Shown here: piece by piece, positions 1 through 7,611 of the stretch
Position numbering within the stretch: the stretch's first letter is position 1
How the letters are laid out: every line of letters starts with the position of its first letter
IMG/VR virus record: IMGVR_UViG_3300050821_008494
Strand: one strand, 5' to 3'
Source: a virus
Lineage: Duplodnaviria; Heunggongvirae; Uroviricota; Caudoviricetes
Length of the DNA: 64,000 bases
Notes under the pieces: generated by a model
Databases searched by the model: none
What the model was told of the DNA's origin: nothing
What the model saw: only the letters and a program-made list of their open reading frames with translations
Made by a program: the position numbers and the translations under genes

Positions 1-3000
1 GGAGCCAATTCGATAAAGGCCATCTTCCTTACTCCACTACACTTCTACCAGTATGGAACCCAAGCACTTACAAGCGGAACTGCTTCACTCGACGGACAGG
101 TCTTTGTGTCAGCGAAGACACTGTCAATTGGTGGATTCGCCACTCCTGCCTCGTCAACAACAGTTCACGCCGGAACAGGATACACTCTTCTCCAATCAAG
201 TCTTCCGGGATATGGAGCAGAGTATCTGACTTCCCCTGAGCCTGTGCCTGATATCACTCCTGTGAATTACAATGCTACGCAAACAGTAGGAGGGCCTTGG
301 GTCGAGGTAGGATTTACAGGGCAACCACACGGCGGGGCAGCAGACTCATTTACCCAAAAGACATCAGGCTCTTGCACAAGTTGTAGTTCCCTTGCAGTCT
401 CATATGTTTCTGGAGTCACAAGTGGTCACAGGTCTATGGTAGTCATATCTTGGCAAGACAGCGCCCCTGCTTCTGCTCCTACTACAATCTCAAGCATAGT
501 AGACACGCTTACCTTTTCCTATTCTCCTCTAGTTACAAACAGTGGTCCTTCTGCAGGACCCGGAGCGGGTGGAGTCACAACACAAGAATACATTTCTTCT
601 TCGATATGGTCCGCTCCTATCACTAGCAGCGGCTCCGATACAGTAACGGTCACCATGTCAGCAACGGAGGCAGATTTAGCAGTAGAAATTTTGGAGTGCA
701 ACGGTTGCGTAATCGGTGCAAGTCAAGAGACTTCTCAGGGATATGGAGGGAATGGGCTCATACTTTCAACATCTGCAATAAAGGAAACTGCCACATCTCC
801 AATCACCGCTACATACAATCAACTTTCACAGAGTCTCACAATTGCCTGTCCAACATGCGCAGTAACATCCTCCGTCGTATCAGCACTCACTCAGGGTTCC
901 CATACTTTTACAGGGAGTATTGGTCTGACGAACTCGACAAACGTCGGATGGGATTTCAACACAGGCTCAAACTCAATCGAGGCCATTTTGAGCGGCGTGG
1001 TAACCTCTGTTGGTGCATCTTCACCAATCGTCTCAAGTGGAGGAACAACCCCTTCGATTTCGTGCCCGACCTGCATCACTACCAGTAACATAGGCTCAAA
1101 CGCCGTGACTTCTATTCAGCAAGGCTCTCACACATTCATCGGAAACGTCGCTCTTGTGAACTCGACGAGTGTCCTCTGGGACTTCAATACTGGCGCAAAC
1201 TCAATCAAGGCCCTTGTGACAGGGGTCGTGACGTCAGTCGGTGGTTCAGGTCCCATAAGTTCTAGCGGAGGAACCACTCCAACAATATCCTGCTCGACTT
1301 GCATAACGACAGGCAACATAGCATCGAACGCAGTCACGGCAATTACACAGGGCTCCCATACTTTCGTTGGCAGTGTGGCTCTAGTCAACTCTACTTCCGT
1401 GCTGTGGGACTTTAACACTGGTGCCAACTCAATCAAGGGTATTGTTACAGGCTTCGTGACAACCGTCAACGGAGCATCCGGTGCGATAACTCTCGCTGCG
1501 ACTTCCCCTATAACCGTTGGGACAGTAGGCAGCACGATAACTTACGCTTGCGGCACTTGCCTCACGTCTGCAGTCACGGCGTTGACTCAAGGCTCTCACA
1601 CCTTCACAGGCAGCGTCGGTCTTCTCAATTCGACTGCCATAGGCTTCGACTTCAACACAGGGGCAAACACAGTCAAGGCAATAATCCTAAGTCAAGCGTG
1701 TCCTCAAGGTGCAGCCGTCTCTACGCAGGCACAGACTCCATTGTGCTCCTACTTCTACCAGTATGGCTCTCAAGCATTGACGAGCGGCTCAGCAGGCCTT
1801 ACAGGAGATGTCTTCTTCCCGGCGAATTCGCTTCTGTTCGCTGCATACTCTTCATTCTCCGCAGCTACAGCAGGAACAGGTTACACAAACCTCCAAGGCT
1901 CGTTCTCCAACTACGGAGGCGAATATCAGCAAATTGCTTCAGCAGGTGCTACGAACTTCCCTCTCACGCAAACTACCAGCGGCCCCTATGTTGAAGTCGG
2001 CGTAGCCTCTAATCCAACCGGCGGCAACACGGCAACATACGAGGAAAGCGCAGCAGCTTCCTGCACCTCTTGTTCAAGTAAGGCAGTTGCCTTCGGAACC
2101 AACGTTGTAAGTGGAGACCAAGTCTTTGTGGCAGTCTCTTGGGCTACAGGAGCAGCAACACCCATCGCAATATCAACTGTCACCGACACACGCTCTGCAA
2201 GTTACTCCGGTCTAGTCACTCAGAACGGAATAGTATCAACCCAATCATCGCAATCTGCTTCTATGTGGGCAGCAACGCTCGGCTCTAGCGGAGCAGACAC
2301 AGTCACAGTAACTATGGCCTCTTCTGTCAATACCATTTCCGTCTCAATACTCGAATGTCTCAACTGCCAGATTTCCGGAGCAGGGAACTACGAGACAAGT
2401 CAGGGCTATCAAGCTCAAGGTAACATCATGGGAACCACGGCAGTAGACATAGCAGCGACTTCTCCGATAACTGCAACATACAATCAGGGCCTCGACCTCC
2501 TGACACTAGCCTGCGGCACCTGCGAGACTTCGGCTTCTACCTTCGTCAACTCAATCGCCGTAGGAGCCAACACGTTGACCGGTGCCATAACAGATGCCGC
2601 AACTTCTCCAATAACAGTAGCCAACGTAGGCAACACCATAACCTACGCCTGCGGGACTTGCGTCACGACGGCTACGAACATAGTCAATTCTTTGGCTCAA
2701 GGAAGTGACACGGCACTTCACGGAGTCCTCACTTTCACTAATTCCACTTCAATAGGTATAGACCAAGCAGCATCTTCATTCTCCTTCAAACTTCTCAACC
2801 TCTCTTGTCCGACACATCAGTGGTTCTCCTCCGTTACCAGTAACGCCCTAACTTGCACTCAGCCTGCCGTAGGAGACATCAGCGGCAACATAGTCAATGC
2901 AATCACTCAGGGCTCTCACACGTTTGTCGGAAGTGTCGGCCTTACGAACTCAACTAACATCGGATGGGACTTCAATACTGGAACGAATTCAATCAAGGGA

Positions 3001-4938
3001 ATCATCTCAGGAGTAGTCACATCAGTGACAGGGACGTCGCCAATCGTCTCCTCCGGAGGAACAACACCGGTAATCAGCTGCCCTGATTGCGCCACTCTTC
3101 CTTCCGCTTCTCCTGTCCTAGCTCAAAGCACTAGCACGAATACCTGTAGCATATCCTCATCCTCAGCGAGCGCAGGTTTCACTACAGCCCTCACCTACAC
3201 AACCAGCTCAACCACATCAGGTAATCTCTACGTTGCTCAGGCATTCAACGTAGCATCACCGGCTACATCGGCACTTACAAGCACATGGCAGTTCATCTGG
3301 GGCTCAGGCTCCGCTCCGGCTTGCGCTGCCACTTCGGGTCTCGGGACAGCGGTGGGCCAGCCATACATCATACAGACTCAAGTCGGAGCAGCAGGCAGCT
3401 GGGGCCAATCAGAGGGAGTCGTAATCACGGGCCTAGCAGCAAGCACAACATACTGGTTCGACGTTCAAGTCACGGACTCTTCATCGGCTACATGGGTCTA
3501 CTCCAATCAGGCCATAAGCGTAGACGAGCCGCAGGCTTCATTCAACACAGTCCCGACCGTCTCCCAGAATACAAACACGAATACTTGCACTCACACGGGA
3601 GCCGCTACTGACCTGATGGGAGGGCTGGCGGCAACCTACACCACCCAGACTGCTGCCAACTTCGGCTCCGGTAACATACGCGCCACTCTCACCTTCATGA
3701 CCAAGTCACCGGCAACTTCCGGCGACACCTACAAGTGGATTGTTGCCTACGGAACCGGAAGCGCACCTGCCTGTAATGCGGCAACTTCAGGGACGACTGT
3801 TGGGAAGCAGTTCACAGTAGAGAGTCAAGCGGCAGCAGTCACAAGCCTAGCCCAGACCGAAACAGTTGTCATTGACGGCCTTCTTCACGGGACAGCCTAC
3901 TGGTTTGACGTTCAGGCAACTGACGCATCGGTTAATCAATGGATAACTTCTGCTCCTACTCTAGCTGTCAAGGAGGCTCCGAGCGAGCAGCAGAACAACG
4001 TCCCATCTAACGTCGTGTATCCTCTCTCCGCTCAGACTGCCGGATGCGTCACAACTACAGCAACAACGACCATGGCTGGCTTGAGAGAAGTCTACACATT
4101 GACCTCTAGCAGTTCCGGAACAATATGGGGCTCACTCACATTCAACGTCCTCGCCTCCGGAACAATAGCAGCAGGTTCAACTTCTGCTTGGACTGTGGCA
4201 TACGGTGACATAACCGCCAACACTATGCCTGCCTGTGCTGCTGCCTCTGTAGGGACTTCTGTTGGAGGAACCTACACCCTCAAAACGCTCAACACGGTAG
4301 CCTTCTCCGAAGGTCAGCACGAGTCATTCGTAATCACAGGACTGACAGCAGGCCACACCTACTGGTTCGACCTGAAGGTTACGAATACAGGCTCAACATT
4401 CACTTCAACATACAGCGTCCCAACTCTCACAATAACCGACGTTCCGCTTCAGGGAGACGTTCAGGGAGGCTCTATCGTCCACAGCAATCAGATACAGCTG
4501 ACAGGAAACGCTCCGGCGTGCACAGTAGCAACAGCCAGTGTCATAATGGGAGGTATGTCGGTAATACCGACGACTGCCAATCCTCCTATGGAATACCAGA
4601 CGACGAGCTACGGAACAGGTGTAGTCACTGTTACCATGGCAGTCCAAGTTACTACTGCGGCGACTCTAAGCGCAACCTACGGATGGCAGTTCTCATACGG
4701 AACAGTTACAGACGGAACAGCGAACCCTGCTTGTAACTCTGCCGCAGCAGGAACAAAGATTGGGAACCTCTACACCATTACCGACCCTGCAGCGGTCGCA
4801 GACAAGTTTCAACAGACCATAACGGTTACTTTGAATCTGAGCCACGCTACCATGTATTGGTTCGACTTTCAGGACACCAACTCAGTAACGACAGCAGTCA
4901 ACACGATTCCTCAGATAACCGTCACCGAGGCCGGTTAA
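1..4938 (+). CDS. Giant Ser/Thr/Gly-rich virion adhesin / tail-fibre-like protein, 5'-truncated by the window edge
   Basis: Frame is open from base 1 (GANSIKAIFLTPLHFYQYGTQALTSG matches internal GANTVKAIIL...FYQYGSQALTSG). About 6 QGSHTF..LxNST...WDFNTG repeats, about 11 CxxC motifs and four C-terminal repeats ending in an FN3-like VITGL..T.YWFD strand. Confidence 0.8.
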   Translation, partial: GANSIKAIFLTPLHFYQYGTQALTSGTASLDGQVFVSAKTLSIGGFATPASSTTVHAGTGYTLLQSSLPGYGAEYLTSPEPVPDITPVNYNATQTVGGPWVEVGFTGQPHGGAADSFTQKTSGSCTSCSSLAVSYVSGVTSGHRSMVVISWQDSAPASAPTTISSIVDTLTFSYSPLVTNSGPSAGPGAGGVTTQEYISSSIWSAPITSSGSDTVTVTMSATEADLAVEILECNGCVIGASQETSQGYGGNGLILSTSAIKETATSPITATYNQLSQSLTIACPTCAVTSSVVSALTQGSHTFTGSIGLTNSTNVGWDFNTGSNSIEAILSGVVTSVGASSPIVSSGGTTPSISCPTCITTSNIGSNAVTSIQQGSHTFIGNVALVNSTSVLWDFNTGANSIKALVTGVVTSVGGSGPISSSGGTTPTISCSTCITTGNIASNAVTAITQGSHTFVGSVALVNSTSVLWDFNTGANSIKGIVTGFVTTVNGASGAITLAATSPITVGTVGSTITYACGTCLTSAVTALTQGSHTFTGSVGLLNSTAIGFDFNTGANTVKAIILSQACPQGAAVSTQAQTPLCSYFYQYGSQALTSGSAGLTGDVFFPANSLLFAAYSSFSAATAGTGYTNLQGSFSNYGGEYQQIASAGATNFPLTQTTSGPYVEVGVASNPTGGNTATYEESAAASCTSCSSKAVAFGTNVVSGDQVFVAVSWATGAATPIAISTVTDTRSASYSGLVTQNGIVSTQSSQSASMWAATLGSSGADTVTVTMASSVNTISVSILECLNCQISGAGNYETSQGYQAQGNIMGTTAVDIAATSPITATYNQGLDLLTLACGTCETSASTFVNSIAVGANTLTGAITDAATSPITVANVGNTITYACGTCVTTATNIVNSLAQGSDTALHGVLTFTNSTSIGIDQAASSFSFKLLNLSCPTHQWFSSVTSNALTCTQPAVGDISGNIVNAITQGSHTFVGSVGLTNSTNIGWDFNTGTNSIKGIISGVVTSVTGTSPIVSSGGTTPVISCPDCATLPSASPVLAQSTSTNTCSISSSSASAGFTTALTYTTSSTTSGNLYVAQAFNVASPATSALTSTWQFIWGSGSAPACAATSGLGTAVGQPYIIQTQVGAAGSWGQSEGVVITGLAASTTYWFDVQVTDSSSATWVYSNQAISVDEPQASFNTVPTVSQNTNTNTCTHTGAATDLMGGLAATYTTQTAANFGSGNIRATLTFMTKSPATSGDTYKWIVAYGTGSAPACNAATSGTTVGKQFTVESQAAAVTSLAQTETVVIDGLLHGTAYWFDVQATDASVNQWITSAPTLAVKEAPSEQQNNVPSNVVYPLSAQTAGCVTTTATTTMAGLREVYTLTSSSSGTIWGSLTFNVLASGTIAAGSTSAWTVAYGDITANTMPACAAASVGTSVGGTYTLKTLNTVAFSEGQHESFVITGLTAGHTYWFDLKVTNTGSTFTSTYSVPTLTITDVPLQGDVQGGSIVHSNQIQLTGNAPACTVATASVIMGGMSVIPTTANPPMEYQTTSYGTGVVTVTMAVQVTTAATLSATYGWQFSYGTVTDGTANPACNSAAAGTKIGNLYTITDPAAVADKFQQTITVTLNLSHATMYWFDFQDTNSVTTAVNTIPQITVTEAG

Positions 4939-4998
4939 GTCCTTACAGAACTCGTTCAACAAGACTCGCTTATTAGCTCTGCAAAGTCAACAACCGCT

Positions 4999-5250
4999 AT
5001 GGGACTTAGTGACGTCAAACTCAGCGACCTCTTAGGGGCACGAACCATAGTCGTTGCCATTCTTTTCGTTCTGTTCATCCTCGACCCAATCAGTTACCTC
5101 GTGTGGGCAATGATTGTGTCGTATCTCCTTCTGGCAATCTTCTTCCGGCTCGGCTCCGTCGCGAAGTCTAACAAAGAACTCGCAGCCGCAAACAGGGACC
5201 TCGCCCTCGCGATAAAGCAGCACCCCGAACTCGGAGGCAAGTCAGGCTGA
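4999..5250 (+). CDS. Small two-TM membrane protein (83 aa)
   Basis: Long hydrophobic segment followed by an amphipathic tail; directly follows the adhesin. Confidence 0.75.
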   Translation: MGLSDVKLSDLLGARTIVVAILFVLFILDPISYLVWAMIVSYLLLAIFFRLGSVAKSNKELAAANRDLALAIKQHPELGGKSG

Positions 5251-6659
5251 CATCTCTACTCCGGTCTATCGGCATCGCTGCTATCTTTGCCGCGATTCTG
5301 GGAGCCTCATTCATTCCTCTAACCTCTGCTCAGACCCCTTCCTGCACCAACAGCATAGGGAGTAACGTGACCTGCGCAATAACTAGCCATATGTCGAGCT
5401 TCACGTGTCAGAGCAATGACACAGTATACGTCGATGCCAAAGTAAACAATGCCAACTGCCAGACCAACGACGACTTCACAATTCAAGCCGGAGGCTCCAT
5501 AGGCGTTCTCAGCTGCGTCTCCGGTTGCCTAGAGGGAGGAGCCACTTCTACTACTTTCACAAGCACAATCATCATGAGCACGTCTACGACGGCTACAGTA
5601 ACCGACACCAGCACTAGCACAGTCACCAAGACTACGACTTCTACGGTTACTCAGAATGTCACTTCGACTAACACAGCAACAGCGACAACTACAAGCACCG
5701 CCACAGCTACAGCCACAACCACAGTAACAGCAACGGCTACGGCGACGGCTACAACAACAAGCACATCAACAGCGACTATTACGAGCACCTCGACAAATAC
5801 CGCTACGGTCACTTCGACTGATACTCAAACCTCTACCGAGACCTCTACGCAGACATTGAACTCAACTACAACTCAGACAGTATCAGTTACGCAGACCGTC
5901 ACGGTAACTCAAACTCAGACATCGACTTCTACTTCCACCTCTACCTCCACTTCGACAGTCACAGTCACTACCACGACAACGTCAACTACTACAAAGGAGG
6001 TTTCCTGCGGAACCTGTCTCTACATTACGTTCCAAGTTTACCCGGTAAGTCAAGTCTCTGGGACTCAGAGGTGGGACGGCAATTACTTCCTCGACCTAGC
6101 AGAACTCAACAGCCAAAACCAAGCCGTGAAGACTGTCTGTTCTACTTCCTACGCTCCGAAAGGTAGCACTGCCCCGCTCACCTGCTCCGGATGGCTGGAC
6201 GCAGGTGACGGAATCAGTCCTTACGAAACGTATGGTGGGGTGGACAGCTCTGGAGTCTGGACAGGAGGAACGGGCTGCATTCATGATAGCATCTGGAATG
6301 GAATCCCAACACAGAATGACTCGTTCTATTCTTGCAACTTCCATCTCACCTACATCAACAGCTTCGTCTTCTCCGCGCAGAGCCCCACGTCATGGGACAT
6401 CAATTCCCAAGTCATACTATGGGGAACAGTTGCTGGTGTCCCTCACTCATATCCCTGCGGAGCCTCTATCGTTGTAGGAGCTACCAACGTGCCATGCTCT
6501 CCGAGTGTAGGATATTATTCACAAGGCTTCATGCAGGTAGACAACGGGACAACCATAGCAATCCCTACATCCATAGGTAGCTGGATTCTAAACGGCTCCT
6601 CTATCTACACAATCACCTCAGGTGCTAACATCTACAATCTCGAATACGACGAAGGCTGA
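5247..6659 (+). CDS. Secreted/virion surface protein with Sec signal peptide and ~150-aa Thr-rich stalk; probable CTG start
   Basis: Frame is open upstream of the track start (5367). CTG at 5247 overlaps the previous TGA, has GGAGG 9 nt upstream and yields the signal peptide MTSLLRSIGIAAIFAAILGASFIPLTSA|Q. Confidence 0.8.
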   Translation: MTSLLRSIGIAAIFAAILGASFIPLTSAQTPSCTNSIGSNVTCAITSHMSSFTCQSNDTVYVDAKVNNANCQTNDDFTIQAGGSIGVLSCVSGCLEGGATSTTFTSTIIMSTSTTATVTDTSTSTVTKTTTSTVTQNVTSTNTATATTTSTATATATTTVTATATATATTTSTSTATITSTSTNTATVTSTDTQTSTETSTQTLNSTTTQTVSVTQTVTVTQTQTSTSTSTSTSTSTVTVTTTTTSTTTKEVSCGTCLYITFQVYPVSQVSGTQRWDGNYFLDLAELNSQNQAVKTVCSTSYAPKGSTAPLTCSGWLDAGDGISPYETYGGVDSSGVWTGGTGCIHDSIWNGIPTQNDSFYSCNFHLTYINSFVFSAQSPTSWDINSQVILWGTVAGVPHSYPCGASIVVGATNVPCSPSVGYYSQGFMQVDNGTTIAIPTSIGSWILNGSSIYTITSGANIYNLEYDEG

Positions 6660-6698
6660 CTTGGTAGAAATAAATAGCACACGAGGCCCCAATCCATA

Positions 6699-7070
6699 AT
6701 GCTAAGTCCTCTCGTCGGAGCAGGAATCCTCCACAGCGACTGGCTGATACTTCTCTTCCTTCTGGCAATCCCTTTCACTGCCATGGGAATCGTTCGCTTC
6801 TTCGTCTCATGGAAGGCCTCGGACCAATACGACATCATACTCTGCGCGGTCGGCTTCCTCATGATGGCAATCTGTGCAGTCACAGCACAGCAGCAGGACT
6901 TCGAGACCGCAACAGGAGCAATCCAGACCTACCAAGGAGAGTATTGGTGGACATACATCCTCTACCCTTTCGCTCTCATCGACCTCGTCTTGACAATACT
7001 CTCGACTGTCATAACCCTCGGCACAGTCTTCAAACGCCGCAAGCAGAAGTTCGTCCCAGACTACTACTAA
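6699..7070 (+). CDS. Multi-pass membrane protein (123 aa)
   Basis: Three hydrophobic segments and a basic C-terminal tail (KRRKQK). Confidence 0.75.
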   Translation: MLSPLVGAGILHSDWLILLFLLAIPFTAMGIVRFFVSWKASDQYDIILCAVGFLMMAICAVTAQQQDFETATGAIQTYQGEYWWTYILYPFALIDLVLTILSTVITLGTVFKRRKQKFVPDYY

Positions 7071-7100
7071 TCCCAAACCCAACACGACACCAAAATGCAA

Positions 7101-7149
7101 ACAGGAAATCTGCGATGACAATATATGACCTTAAGATAAGGTCAATCCC
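7101..7149 (+). promoter_or_regulatory. Composite promoter: ACAGGAAA, TATA-like ATATAT, palindromic operator GACCTTA-AGA-TAAGGTC (7127-7143)
   Basis: TATA at -29..-24 from ATG 7150; perfect 7-bp inverted repeat; near-copy at 11800-11850. Confidence 0.7.
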
Positions 7150-7608
7150 ATGTGTGCAAACTGGACGACTGGAAAAATGGCGAGCGGCCTAGACGAAGTC
7201 TTTGGTAGTTTTGTAGCCGAAGCTCGAAGGCTGAACTCGCTCCCTGAAATCGACGCAATCGAGTTCGACTACTCTGCCCGTCACCTAGCCTCCGAAATCA
7301 AAATCTCCGGAGTCAAGGTGATGATGGTTCAAGGCCACGTCTACGTCGGAGAGAAGGCGTGCCTTGGGAGCTTCGACTCCAAGGGAGAGTTCGGCTTCAA
7401 GAACCTCATCAAGATAAGCAACACCCAAGACAAGGTCGAGAATATCGACACCTTCCTCCACGAGATGTTCCACAAGTGGCAGCATAGCGACATCTCAGCC
7501 TTCCAGCGTGCTATCGCCGCAGGCAGCTTCGAGAAGGAGACCGTTGCCTTCACCAAGAAGGTTATGGCAGAGGCCGGAATCAAGTCCAAGTCCAAGGAGG
7601 AGGAATAG
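7150..7608 (+). CDS. HExxH zincin-like putative metallopeptidase
   Basis: IDTFLHEMFHKWQH motif; start may be ATG 7177. Confidence 0.6.
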   Translation: MCANWTTGKMASGLDEVFGSFVAEARRLNSLPEIDAIEFDYSARHLASEIKISGVKVMMVQGHVYVGEKACLGSFDSKGEFGFKNLIKISNTQDKVENIDTFLHEMFHKWQHSDISAFQRAIAAGSFEKETVAFTKKVMAEAGIKSKSKEEE

Positions 7609-7611
7609 ACC

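Noticed and set aside
4999-5250. Holin call for the small TM protein after the adhesin
   Set aside because: No lysin or family motif; topology alone is insufficient.
5570-5995. Repetitive ACN-rich DNA as a possible CRISPR array or tandem repeat
   Set aside because: It is the in-frame Thr-rich stalk, with no constant repeat or unique spacers.
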